Shown piece after piece: positions 20,114-30,043 of a stretch of 64,000 nt of DNA. Position 1 is the stretch's first letter, and each line of letters begins with the position of its first letter. A model generated the notes under the pieces. It saw only the letters and a program-made list of their open reading frames with translations, made no database searches and was not told where the DNA came from. A program made the translations under genes and the position numbers. The stretch comes from Fibrobacteria bacterium (lineage in GTDB: Bacteria; Fibrobacterota; Fibrobacteria; UBA11236). Location of the stretch: assembly GCA_041746255.1 (NCBI GenBank), contig JBGTHM010000023.1:15640-79639 (forward strand), written 5' to 3'.

Positions 20114-20911
20114 ATGGCGGATGAATCCACAGCGAGACTGGCCGTACTCATAGACGGGGACAATGCCCAGCCCGATGCATTCGAATACTTGCTGCAGGAA
20201 ATAGCCAAATTCGGCGAAGCCACCGTGAAACGCATCTATGGCGATTTCACCTCGCCGCAAAGCACGAAATGGAAGGCCATCCTCAATCGATTCGCCATCA
20301 AACCCGTGCAACAATTCGCCTATACCAAAGGGAAGAACGCCACCGACAGCACTCTCATCATCGACGCCATGGACCTTATGTATACCCGACGTTTCGACGG
20401 CTTTTGTCTGGTGTCCAGCGACAGCGATTTTACCGGCATCGCCACCCGTATTCGCGAAGAAGGCTATATGGTCTATGGATACGGGCGCAAGACCACCCCG
20501 GATGCGTTCAAGAACGCTTGCCACCGTTTCATCATCACCGAGTTGCTGATTCCCAAGCCGGAAGGCCGTAAGCGATCCGTTCGCAAGCCTCGCTCCGAAG
20601 CTCCCAAACCGGGACGCCCCGGCATGAAAAGTTCGCCCGAAGCCGCTGAAGCGGAAAAAAGCAGCGAGCTGCCTATCGACTTCATGTTGCAGGCGCTGGA
20701 AGAATCGGCGGACGATAACGGCTGGGCCAATCTCGGCACCTTCGGGCGTTACCTCAATAAATTACGGTCCGATTTCGACTCGCGCCAATTCGGATACGCC
20801 AAGTTGAGCGATTTGGTGCGCGACCGCAACGACATGTTCGAGATCCAGGAGCGCAAGAAACAACCTACCGATTCGCCGACCCTTTATATCAAGGCGAAAA
20901 TCGAGGAGTGA
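20114..20911 (+). CDS. NYN-domain protein with C-terminal OST-HTH/LOTUS domain
   Basis: LIDGDN, GKNATD, VSSDSDFT; C-terminal GWANLGTFG...FDSRQFGYAKLSDL. Confidence 0.92.
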   Translation: MADESTARLAVLIDGDNAQPDAFEYLLQEIAKFGEATVKRIYGDFTSPQSTKWKAILNRFAIKPVQQFAYTKGKNATDSTLIIDAMDLMYTRRFDGFCLVSSDSDFTGIATRIREEGYMVYGYGRKTTPDAFKNACHRFIITELLIPKPEGRKRSVRKPRSEAPKPGRPGMKSSPEAAEAEKSSELPIDFMLQALEESADDNGWANLGTFGRYLNKLRSDFDSRQFGYAKLSDLVRDRNDMFEIQERKKQPTDSPTLYIKAKIEE

Positions 20912-22484
20912 AAAAATAAGGAGTGTGCTTGCCGCCCGCTTCCCTGCCCTGGACGTCGTAGCCCTGGCTGAGCCCGCCTGCTTCTATTCCCCGCACGCCT
21001 TTCGGTTCGGATTTAAGCGCGGTGACGGGATTCGCGCGGACATCGATAACCACCCTGCGAAAATCGAAAAGGTTCACGATTTCATTCCGGTCTCTCACCT
21101 CCAGAATGATGTGGATTTGCTTGTTCAAGGCATCATTGGGCACGGTAAAGCGCGCTTTACTCGTCCCGGCGTTTTGCAAAGTCACTGTTCCCGCATAGCT
21201 GCCGGCCTCGGGGTAGTAAAACCAGCGGTAATCCAATGCATCGCCATCGGGATCGCGGGAAGCGAAGGCATCCATTTCCATAACCTGTCCCGGCGCTTTT
21301 TGCACCATTACGAAAGCATCGGTGGTATCGCCCTTAACGGCGGCGATGGGGTTGTGGTTGGCCTCTCCGAATTCCTTTACGCACCAGTCCATGCGCGCCT
21401 TGAATTCGTTGGTATGCGATTCGCGCCAACGCCATATGGCCGCTAATTCGTCGTTCTGATAATTGGTTGTACCCTCATAGGTGGGCACATTAGAGACCCA
21501 ACTATCGGCGGCTTCGGTATACATGGCATAGGGAAAATACTGCGTTTCATCCTTACTGACTTGAGTGGTGTAGCTCGGGGCATTCTGCGTCTTTAGCGTG
21601 CGGAAGCGGCCGCCCCAACCGCCCCAGTGTAGCTTATCGGGATTGTACAAACCATGATTCACCAAGCCTATCCAAGTGGAAGTGCCGCCCCCTTCCATGG
21701 GCTCAAGTTTACCGAGCATGATGCGTTGGGGATAGAGCGCGCCGAGCGGGCCGTGATTTTTGCGGATATGCGTTTCCACCCAGGTTTGTTCGTCCGGAAG
21801 GGTGACCTTGGGTCCGAGAAACTTCCTATGCGCGCCCATAAAGGCGAATACCTGCTTGGTGCTGCGATACCAAGGAAAGTCCGGATATTGATTGGCGAAC
21901 CAGGCGCCCGCCGGGTCCTGTCCGGCATCGTCATAGACCCGGATTTTATTCAGGAAAGCCTTTACTTCTTCTTGAGTATGGTTGCGGCGGTAATCCAAAA
22001 TGGCCTGGGCCAAGGTATTAGAACCACAATTAATAGCGATATGCACGGGACGCGGATCGTCTTTTTCCACGGCAGCGATTATCAAGTCGGAACCGGTAGT
22101 GGATTTGCCGTCGCCCACCGCCTCCATGCCGTATCCATCGGGCCCGGCGCCGATCACCGAGAGCAAATACTCTTCCGTCGGCCAACCCGAAGCATGTTTG
22201 AGCAGATTCGGTCGCACCTTGCCGTAGGCCTGGACCCTTTCGCGAATGAGGTCGGCGCGCGGCCCCTTTTTCAACCAGACTCCGGTGGAGGCGATAAGCC
22301 CCTCGATATCCACTTCGTTGGCATACATCAGGAGGCGAACCAGGGTCTGGGAGTCGTCCGGTTCATTGCTCATGTCGGTGAAGACGATGAGCCGGTGCTT
22401 ATTCGGAGCGGACAGGCTCGGTCCTATGCCAAGGAGCAAAACGACCGGGAGGAAGAGGGCGATGAGGGAAGATATGCGTGTCAT
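20889..22484 (-). CDS. secreted DUF1593 (nucleoside-hydrolase-like) protein
   Basis: TDMSNEPDDSQTLVRLLMYANEVDIEGLIA, WGGWGGRF, ARMDWC...ANHNP, DPDGD. Confidence 0.88.
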   Translation of the reverse strand: MTRISSLIALFLPVVLLLGIGPSLSAPNKHRLIVFTDMSNEPDDSQTLVRLLMYANEVDIEGLIASTGVWLKKGPRADLIRERVQAYGKVRPNLLKHASGWPTEEYLLSVIGAGPDGYGMEAVGDGKSTTGSDLIIAAVEKDDPRPVHIAINCGSNTLAQAILDYRRNHTQEEVKAFLNKIRVYDDAGQDPAGAWFANQYPDFPWYRSTKQVFAFMGAHRKFLGPKVTLPDEQTWVETHIRKNHGPLGALYPQRIMLGKLEPMEGGGTSTWIGLVNHGLYNPDKLHWGGWGGRFRTLKTQNAPSYTTQVSKDETQYFPYAMYTEAADSWVSNVPTYEGTTNYQNDELAAIWRWRESHTNEFKARMDWCVKEFGEANHNPIAAVKGDTTDAFVMVQKAPGQVMEMDAFASRDPDGDALDYRWFYYPEAGSYAGTVTLQNAGTSKARFTVPNDALNKQIHIILEVRDRNEIVNLFDFRRVVIDVRANPVTALKSEPKGVRGIEAGGLSQGYDVQGREAGGKHTPYFFTPRFSP

Positions 22485-22628
22485 AGCCTTCAAATTTATC
22501 GTACTTAGAATAAATTGCCATTCCGTATCCCCGTGAACTTAGACCTTTTCGTACCCGCAAGGGTACATATTGGGTCTTGGCGGAGCCACCGATGCGGCAA
22601 GGGCTATTCATTTTGCTAATATTCGGCG

Positions 22629-24446
22629 GTGCAAGGAATCCCCCTATACCGCTCCCGTGAAGAAACTTTTTCCCAACACGAAGAGGACGAGCGTCGACGG
22701 GCGCTCATTACCGGCAATATCCGCCTAGCCGTCTTCGTCCTGACCCTGGCCGGCTTTCTCGCATTCCTGTATCACGAATGGATTATCGCGGCCGTAGGGT
22801 TCCTGCTGCTAGGCACCGGCTTTTTCATCCATCTCATTCTCCGACACGGTCGCATTCTTCTACGCCGCGATCGCGCCGCCCGCCTGCGGGCCATCAATGC
22901 CGACGCCGCCGAAAGATTGGCCGGTAAGTGGACGCACTTTTCCCCTGATGGCAGCGAGTACCGGGACGAGAAGCATACCTATGCTTCGGATATCGACATT
23001 TTCGGACCGGCCTCGCTGTTCCAATGGGTATGCGTAGCTCGCACGCGATTGGGTCGTCTGCTGCTACGCGACATGCTCGCCTCCACGCCTCCCGCCCCCC
23101 ATGTCATCCTGGAAAATCAGGAATGCATCCGCGATCTCGCTCCCCGCTTGGAATGGCGGCAACGTTTCGAATGCGCCGGACGCCTCATACCCCGCAAGGG
23201 AGATCATCCCGAAGAGTTGCTTGAATTCGCCGAGAGCGACGCCACTTTTTATCCGAAACGATTCGCGCAAGCCATGCGTTATATCCCGCTTGTCACCTTT
23301 CCTGCCGGCCTTTACCTGCTCTTTGTATTCGGTACTTACGGTCCCCTGGTATTGATATTGTTGCTGCATGTTTTGATAGGCTCGCTCATCTTTCGCCGCA
23401 ACGAAAAGCTGATGGACGCCATCAGCCGACAGAGGGACAACTTCGCCAGCTACATCGAACTCATCAGCTTGGTGGAGGAGGAGGAATTCACCGCTGCGCA
23501 TCTCAGCGGGCTGCGCGGGCGATACCTTAACCCGCAGGGGGAATCCGCTTCATCCGCTATTCGCAATTTGCGCAGTATCGCCGACTTTCTCGACGCGCGC
23601 CATGGCCCGGTGGTGCATCTCCTGGCTAACGGGCTCTGCCTATGGGACTTGCAAGGCCTGCTCCGGTTCCAAGCCTGGAGAGGGCGAAACGGCAAACAGG
23701 TGCGCGCCTGGCTGGAAGGTCTGGCGCGTCTGGAAGCGCTGTCGGGATTCGCCGGAGCGTATTACGACCATTCTAATTGGTGTTTTCCCGTGCTTTCGGA
23801 AGGCGAGCCGCTTATCGACTCCAAGGGCATGGGCCATCCCCTCATCCTTGAGGAGGCGCGGGTGGATAACGACTTGTCGCTGGAAAAAAAGGGCGAAGTT
23901 CTCATCATCACCGGATCCAATATGTCGGGCAAGAGTACTTTGTTGCGCACCATTGGCATCAATCTGGTTCTCGCCTACGCGGGCGCTCCCGTTTGCGCGT
24001 CCTCTTTCCGCGCAGGGCTCTTCGAATTGCACTCGGCCATGCGCATCAAAGACGATTTGGAAAACCACGTGTCCACCTTCTACGCGGAATTGTTGCGCAT
24101 CAAAGGCGTGCTGGAATCGGCGCAGGCGGGTCGGCCGGTTTTCTTTTTGCTCGATGAAATCTTCCGCGGCACCAACTCCCACGACCGGCATGTCGGCGCC
24201 CGCACGGTATTGCGGCAGCTGAGCCGCTTGGGCGCTTCCGGTTTGGTCTCCACTCATGACCTGGAGTTGGGGGATTTGGAAAAGGAGTCGCCGGAAGTGT
24301 TCCGGAATTTCCATTTCCGCGAGCATTATGAGGGTGACCAAATCCGTTTCGACTTCCGCTTGCGGCCCGGGATTTCCCAAACCACCAATGCCTCGCATTT
24401 GATGCGCATGGTGGGCATTGAAATTCCCGATTCCCAGATTCCCTAA
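22629..24446 (+). CDS. membrane-anchored MutS-like ATPase (domain V only)
   Basis: N-terminal TM pairs; ITGSNMSGKST Walker A, STFYAE, LLDEIFRGTN, STHDLE. Confidence 0.9.
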   Translation: MQGIPLYRSREETFSQHEEDERRRALITGNIRLAVFVLTLAGFLAFLYHEWIIAAVGFLLLGTGFFIHLILRHGRILLRRDRAARLRAINADAAERLAGKWTHFSPDGSEYRDEKHTYASDIDIFGPASLFQWVCVARTRLGRLLLRDMLASTPPAPHVILENQECIRDLAPRLEWRQRFECAGRLIPRKGDHPEELLEFAESDATFYPKRFAQAMRYIPLVTFPAGLYLLFVFGTYGPLVLILLLHVLIGSLIFRRNEKLMDAISRQRDNFASYIELISLVEEEEFTAAHLSGLRGRYLNPQGESASSAIRNLRSIADFLDARHGPVVHLLANGLCLWDLQGLLRFQAWRGRNGKQVRAWLEGLARLEALSGFAGAYYDHSNWCFPVLSEGEPLIDSKGMGHPLILEEARVDNDLSLEKKGEVLIITGSNMSGKSTLLRTIGINLVLAYAGAPVCASSFRAGLFELHSAMRIKDDLENHVSTFYAELLRIKGVLESAQAGRPVFFLLDEIFRGTNSHDRHVGARTVLRQLSRLGASGLVSTHDLELGDLEKESPEVFRNFHFREHYEGDQIRFDFRLRPGISQTTNASHLMRMVGIEIPDSQIP

Positions 24447-24559
24447 CGCGATACTACCCCTTTTTTCGGGTTGGGTCGTAGCTTAGATTGCCCTATTTGC
24501 CAAACACTTGCCATCCGAACAGGTGTTTTTCCATAGGGTTTTTCAGAGTAGATGCTGAT

Positions 24560-25639
24560 TCAGCGAATTTTCCGTCCGTCCGAGCCGAAATAGTTGATGC
24601 CACAATACGAAGTTAGGGCAAGTTTGTTGCCGTAGTTCCATATCATACCCGTCTTCGGTTTACGGAGTTTGCCTTCCTGCCTCGGTGGTCGCAAAGAAGC
24701 AGGTGACAAGGTTAATTCCAGCAAAAGACCCTTTTTTCCAATGAGCCAGATTAAACCCGGTTCAACCCGATGTAACTTACCAAGAGGACGGATTTCTACT
24801 TCCATCTCCAAAGGGCCAGTCCAGAGCGTGTCGACTTCCCCCTCACCAGACACTGCCAGGATTAAATGCTGCTGGATGGCCAGGAGCCGGTCCGGGCCAT
24901 CCATAACGACATCCAGAATCGGCCTCCCAATCAGCAAGGGCTGAGGCTGGAGACTTTCGTGTATTCTCCAAATGCCGCCATAATACAAAGATGCGAAAAC
25001 GCCTTGCTCCGGAGCTATGAAATCCTGGGAAGTGATGAAATTGCCGTCGGGTGCATCCGCCCGGACGCTCCAGGTGCGCCCACCGTCTGTTGTTTTCAGT
25101 AGATTCACATTAGCAGCCACATAGGCTGTATTCTCGGAAGCAAACCGAATCTGCCCGTAATAAGCGTTTTGATCAGCGAGGAAATTAGGACTACCAATCG
25201 ACCAAGTCAGTCCACCATCCGCAGTATAAAAGAGCAGGGAATCCGAAGAAATAATCCCCGTGAATTTTCCATGGAAGGCCACATGTTTAAAACGGATACC
25301 TGGATAGGAATACGCTGTGGCCCAGGTACCCCCTCCATCGTTGGTACGGAACAACCCGCGCTCTGATAAGATAAAGCCATTGCTTTCATCAAGGAACCAG
25401 ACGTCGGAGAAAGAGGAGTCCGGGTCGACCTTAAGGTTTTCCCAGGTTTTCCCCTCATCTTGAGTCCTCAGAATGAAATTCCCTGAACCTACGGCGAAAC
25501 CAACGCGTTTTGTAGGGAAATGGATAGCGGCTAGGTCAAAGTGCGTCCTGGAATCAACCACCCGGATAGAGTAATCAGCATGCACCGGCAAAAGTGGAAG
25601 CCATGCAGCAAATAAAACGGTTTGAAATAATTTCATCAT
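24560..25639 (-). CDS. secreted BNR/Asp-box (YCF48-like) beta-propeller protein
   Basis: Repeated TxDGGxTW Asp-boxes; signal peptide. Confidence 0.82.
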   Translation of the reverse strand: MMKLFQTVLFAAWLPLLPVHADYSIRVVDSRTHFDLAAIHFPTKRVGFAVGSGNFILRTQDEGKTWENLKVDPDSSFSDVWFLDESNGFILSERGLFRTNDGGGTWATAYSYPGIRFKHVAFHGKFTGIISSDSLLFYTADGGLTWSIGSPNFLADQNAYYGQIRFASENTAYVAANVNLLKTTDGGRTWSVRADAPDGNFITSQDFIAPEQGVFASLYYGGIWRIHESLQPQPLLIGRPILDVVMDGPDRLLAIQQHLILAVSGEGEVDTLWTGPLEMEVEIRPLGKLHRVEPGLIWLIGKKGLLLELTLSPASLRPPRQEGKLRKPKTGMIWNYGNKLALTSYCGINYFGSDGRKIR

Positions 25640-25690
25640 ATTACGCCCTTTTACCACTAGTGCCGCCGATTCTTGCTTCACATACGCCGA

Positions 25691-27067
25691 CTAGAGCAAT
25701 GCCAGTTTGCTAATCTGCCGCTTGTCCCCAATAGTGAGTATGAAATAATGGATGCCGGGCGGGATGCCTCGACGATCGAACTCAATTAAATTCATGCCGG
25801 TATTTCTTAATGCGAAATTCTTATTGGATTTTAGCACCTTTCCATGCATGTCCACGATTTTATAATGGACGAAATCCTTCATGTCGCGAACTTGGAATTC
25901 CATCCTTACCATGGGATCCGTCGGTATCGAAAGAACCTTGGCAAGAGGTGATCCAGAACCATCGAAAAATTCAGTCATATCATCCATAGAAGGAGCGTCA
26001 ACTATTCCATCATGCGCCGCAATCTTTGCCAAGAGTGTACCACCGCACCTAGGGTTACCGGTGGGGTCCGAAACAGCCCTCATCTCCCCATTGCTTACAA
26101 AACCGGGATTGAAGACGATTTCTCGACGAGAGTTGAAAGTTGCATTGCCTCCAGCAGGCACAGTCATGTTCGCTACTTCAATCCGCCCCGGATAGATGAA
26201 GCAATCGGGAGCGGAGGTAGGCGTGAATTTGCGCCCCGTGCCAACGACGTACCCCCCCCCAAGCTTCGCTACTCCATTCCGGGCATAGAAGACACCCAAA
26301 TCCCTTTCAGACCTTAAAATCGAGTTCGGGAGAATGGTGACCGCACCCCGGCTGGCCGAGTTATATGGAGAAAAACCATATATGCTTTGTTGATAGGTTG
26401 TACCGGACGGAAATCCGTTTTGGATCATCCAATCATCGAAAACCTTGTCTACGAAGATGTGGTGCATCCAAAATGCTGGATCCCTTGGGGATTGTCTAGT
26501 TACCATGTCACCGCCTATCCAAACATGGGCTCCGTTGTGGAGATCCGTCATCTCGACGCGGGAGTGAGACATGGTCTGGTAATTCACCTCATTCAAAGCC
26601 GCGTCCACGAGTGCATTCGTCACAGGGAGAGTACCGGACATGACCCTCTCACGACCAGGAGTTAACCATTGGGTCAGGCTCGGGTTACCTAGAAAATCTG
26701 CATTGAACATGGTTGATGACTTTGTCTGATTGGCGGGGTTGGTCTCATCCCAATACGGTATACCTGAAATGCCGCATGTTTGCACATGCTCTTCAATAAG
26801 CTTGGATGCGATTCGGTGCCAGGGCATGAATTGGTCCCTTGCCCACTGAGATTGATGATGGATTTGGCCGAACCCTGCATCATGCATCAGATAAAGTTGG
26901 GTATGGGGCGTGCTGCTCGTGGCATTACAACTTGCGTAAGCCGACGCGAAGAACTGTCTGTCTGCCGTGGACATTTCACTCACTGGATATCGAATACTCT
27001 GGGCATGAAGCGAGACTGCCCCAACGCATAATCCGGAGAGCATGGCAATCGTAAAATTATTTTTCAT
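25691..27067 (-). CDS. secreted tyrosinase-family (type-3 copper) protein with T9SS-like C-terminal domain
   Basis: CuA H...H...FMPWHR, IPYWD, CuB HNGAHVWIGGDM...SPRDPAFWMHH; tail IVDMHGK...PPGIHY. Confidence 0.9.
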   Translation of the reverse strand: MKNNFTIAMLSGLCVGAVSLHAQSIRYPVSEMSTADRQFFASAYASCNATSSTPHTQLYLMHDAGFGQIHHQSQWARDQFMPWHRIASKLIEEHVQTCGISGIPYWDETNPANQTKSSTMFNADFLGNPSLTQWLTPGRERVMSGTLPVTNALVDAALNEVNYQTMSHSRVEMTDLHNGAHVWIGGDMVTRQSPRDPAFWMHHIFVDKVFDDWMIQNGFPSGTTYQQSIYGFSPYNSASRGAVTILPNSILRSERDLGVFYARNGVAKLGGGYVVGTGRKFTPTSAPDCFIYPGRIEVANMTVPAGGNATFNSRREIVFNPGFVSNGEMRAVSDPTGNPRCGGTLLAKIAAHDGIVDAPSMDDMTEFFDGSGSPLAKVLSIPTDPMVRMEFQVRDMKDFVHYKIVDMHGKVLKSNKNFALRNTGMNLIEFDRRGIPPGIHYFILTIGDKRQISKLALL

Positions 27068-27106
27068 GGACTACTCCTTTGGTGGTGCTCAATGCAGGAC
27101 AACTCA

Positions 27107-28078
27107 TCATTTTACCTTGGTTATTAGGGTTTTCAGCTCCGCATTCTGAGCTGCCAAGGCAACAATCTTGGATTCCTGGTCGATGAGGTACAGAGTGAGT
27201 TCTTCGATTTTTTCCAGAAGCTTGACTTGCATTTCCCCGACGTCGACGCCGGTTTTAGCCACCTCATCAGCCTTCGGAATGCCAGGAAGGTGCCCTTCTT
27301 TCTCAATGAAAGCCTTAACATTATCAAGGGGCCTGAGCTCATAATCTTTCTGGAAAACATAATCTGCCCAACCCGAGGTTGTGACAATTAGGGACTTTGC
27401 TGTGACGGTACCGTTAACTGCTAATCTGCTTTGAGGATTTATGGTTCCGATACCTACAAATCCGTTACTCTGGATAGTGAGGTACCCCCCGTTCCAGCTG
27501 GTATTATCGTTGGAAGAGCGGAGATCACCCTGACCAATGATGAACTTCGAACCATTGTGGGTATTTCCAATATTCCACCAAGACCCGTTCCCACTGGGGA
27601 GGATAGTGGCTACACCAGGAAGACCCGCAGCAGGACCAAACATTACCTGACCGCCCCGAACATCCAACTTAGTAAGAGGGGAAGCGTTTCCAATACCCAC
27701 CATCCCATTCGATTGAATAGTTAAAAGTGCAGAATTCCAACTGGTATTGTCGTTGGCCGCGCGCTGGTCACCATGTGTGATCATGAATTTCGTGCCGTTG
27801 TGTGTGTTTCCTAAATTCCACCAAGCCCCGTTTCCACTGGGACGAATAGTGGCTACACCGGGAAGACCCGCAGCAGGACCAAACATTGCCTGGCCGCCCC
27901 GAACATCCAGCTTAACCAATGGAGCAGCAATGCCGATGCCGACTCTGTCTCCGCTATTCGTCGTATAAGTGGCTCCTGAAGTCCCGTTCCGGGTCCACTG
28001 GGCGGAGACAGAAGATGCGAGGATGGCGATACCCATGGTAGCCGACGAGACTATTTTGAACACCTTGTTGCTTGACAT
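27107..28078 (-). CDS. exported tail-fibre-like protein with VGIG repeats and C-terminal chaperone/coiled-coil domain
   Basis: Signal peptide; VGIGxxxP repeats; LAVNG...WADYVF...GHLPGIP...KLLEKIEELTLYLI. Confidence 0.78.
   Translation of the reverse strand: MSSNKVFKIVSSATMGIAILASSVSAQWTRNGTSGATYTTNSGDRVGIGIAAPLVKLDVRGGQAMFGPAAGLPGVATIRPSGNGAWWNLGNTHNGTKFMITHGDQRAANDNTSWNSALLTIQSNGMVGIGNASPLTKLDVRGGQVMFGPAAGLPGVATILPSGNGSWWNIGNTHNGSKFIIGQGDLRSSNDNTSWNGGYLTIQSNGFVGIGTINPQSRLAVNGTVTAKSLIVTTSGWADYVFQKDYELRPLDNVKAFIEKEGHLPGIPKADEVAKTGVDVGEMQVKLLEKIEELTLYLIDQESKIVALAAQNAELKTLITKVK
27458..27943 (-). repeat. two tandem 243-nt (81-aa) intragenic repeats
   Basis: ATAGTGGCTACACC(A/G)GGAAGACCCGCAGCAGGACCAAACATT at 27603 and 27846; protein repeat VGIG...KLDVRGGQ.MFGPAAGLPGVATI...LTIQSNG. 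Confidence 0.9.
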
Positions 28079-28869
28079 ACGTTTCCTTTGTTTTTGGTCG
28101 GTTTGCATTAGCAACTGGGGGGTATTCCATATGCTAACCCGTCCGAAAATTACGCCAGGCTAAATCAGTTGTCAAGCATCAATTTTTGTGGTACATGGAG
28201 GAAAAATGAGTCTAAAGGGAAATATTTTCCGGGAACTTAACCTCGTCAAAAGTTGGGTGGCCTTAGCTTTAGAAAAACCGTGACTATGATTAATAAGTTC
28301 TAGCATATAAACCGGCATGTTTATTACCGCGAAGTTTCCGGAAAAAAATGTTCCCCAATCGCGTTTTCATCCTGCCTTGAGTTATTCGGTTAATCCGGCC
28401 ACCAAATTGTGAAGCCTTTCGGCAGTCAGTACAGTTAAACAACATCCCGACCTTCTATTGGAGGTCACCAGCGGTTTTCGAATTTTAGATGTCGAAATCG
28501 ATTCGATTCTCGTTTCCGAGATCGGATGAACGGATGCATGTCCACCCCAGCGAATCTCAAATTGAACGACCAAACTTTACCGTGGTAGCCACAATTTATA
28601 GGTAGACCGCCCCCGAATTGAAGCAACCGCCTTCGCAAAGTGAGGACTTAGCTGAAAGTTAAAAGGTCCCCAACTCAATTCTCTTGCCTCTACTTTGCTG
28701 GGCTTTTTTGATGCCTCTTTACAGATTGTTTCGAAGCAGAGAAACTAGTTGAGTTGGGATGTGCCAAATAGGCATACCTTTTTAGGGTCAAAATGACTTG
28801 ATCAAGGCGGTAATTCGCTGAAAAACGGGGTTTTTTAGGCATAGGGTACAATTTCCCGGATTTCTTAAC

Positions 28870-28918
28870 TTGACATCCCGCACTACCATTGGATAAATTA
28901 AGACTGAATCTCAATTTA
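28870..28918 (+). promoter_or_regulatory. sigma70-like promoter overlapped by palindromic Fur-like operator (motif A, copy 1)
   Basis: TTGACA(28870)-N18-TAAATT; TAAATTAAGACTGAATCTCAATTTA (28894-28918) is near-palindromic. Confidence 0.75.
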
Positions 28919-28974
28919 GCCTTATCCTCCTTCGCGACCTACAGTTCGCGAAGGAGGATAATCGCGAGGAACCC

Positions 28975-29631
28975 ATGCGTGACGGCCTTGTAACATCCAC
29001 CCTACCCCTGCTGCAAGCGGTAGAAACCGGCTTGTTGGCCCTACTGGTCTTGCTGGGCGTTATGGTAGTGGGGATTTTTATTTGGCGTTCGTTGGCCATC
29101 AGCCTGGCCGCGGGCCGCCCCGAAGCCTGGTTGGAAAAAGTGGCCGGCGATTTAACCGGGGAAATGACCGCGCTCTCCAAATCGGGTGTTGAGGGTGAAC
29201 AGTCGGTACGCTCGGTCCCCGGTCGTATGGTCAATACAGGAATTAAAAATGCGCATCTTTGCCCCGAGGCCTTGGAAAAACTTTTAGAAGCCCAGGAACT
29301 GCGCGAGCGCAAAACTTTGGAAACCGGCGTCTCCTTTCTGGGGACGGTGGGATCCAACGCCCCCTTTATCGGACTGACCGGCACGGTCATCGGAATCCTC
29401 GTCGCCTTTCAGCAAATGGCGGGCTCCGGCGGGCGCGGCGGACCCGAAGTGATGTCGGCCATCTCCGGAGCTCTGATTGCCACCGCCGCAGGGCTTATCG
29501 TGGCCATCCCGGCGGTGGTTTTTTACAACATCCTGAAAGCCCGCATCAAAGCGACGCTCGAAAGCGCGCGGGAAATCCGCATCCTACTGGTAGCCCGTAG
29601 CTTGCAAGCCACGGTGAGAGAAGAATTCTGA
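28975..29631 (+). CDS. exbB: MotA/TolQ/ExbB proton channel
   Basis: LGTVGSNAPFIGLTGTVIGI; ISGALIATAAGLIVAIPA. Confidence 0.9.
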   Translation: MRDGLVTSTLPLLQAVETGLLALLVLLGVMVVGIFIWRSLAISLAAGRPEAWLEKVAGDLTGEMTALSKSGVEGEQSVRSVPGRMVNTGIKNAHLCPEALEKLLEAQELRERKTLETGVSFLGTVGSNAPFIGLTGTVIGILVAFQQMAGSGGRGGPEVMSAISGALIATAAGLIVAIPAVVFYNILKARIKATLESAREIRILLVARSLQATVREEF

Positions 29632-29632
29632 C

Positions 29633-30043
29633 ATGGCCGCCACCGACAATTTAGAATCCGAAGACGGCATAACCGGGATCAACATCACCCCGCTGGTGGA
29701 TATTTTTCTCGTGCTGCTTATTCTGGTCATGATCACCAGCACCATGCTCGATCACCGACAAATCGACGTCAATATTCCCACTGCCGCGCAAGCCGGCACC
29801 GAAGCGCCCAAAGCCTCGGGCCTGGTTATGGATTTGGAACGGCGGCTTTATCTGGATGGCGAAGCTCTCGACTCGCTTTCCATTCTGTATCGTCTCGGAG
29901 AATCGGTAAGACGGGATTCCAGTCATCAGGTTATGATTTCCGCCGACGCGGCGCTGGTATACCAGGATGTGATTAACCTCCTCGATTTGGTAAAGTCCGC
30001 GGGAATCGCCCAATACGCTCTGAAGGTTGTGCGGCAGCCATGA
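29633..30043 (+). CDS. exbD: ExbD/TolR biopolymer transporter
   Basis: INITPLVDIFLVLLI; ISAD...Y..V..LLD. Confidence 0.92.
   Translation: MAATDNLESEDGITGINITPLVDIFLVLLILVMITSTMLDHRQIDVNIPTAAQAGTEAPKASGLVMDLERRLYLDGEALDSLSILYRLGESVRRDSSHQVMISADAALVYQDVINLLDLVKSAGIAQYALKVVRQP

Noticed and set aside
20114..24446. NYN nuclease plus MutS-like ATPase as a defence system
   Set aside because: Not an operon (separated by an opposite-strand secreted gene); both are common stand-alone families.
27458..27943. DGR template/variable repeat pair
   Set aside because: Both copies are in frame in one gene, differences are not adenine-specific, and no reverse transcriptase is in the window. The same applies to the fic fragment.
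27107..28078. Prophage tail gene
   Set aside because: Has a signal peptide and no neighbouring phage genes.
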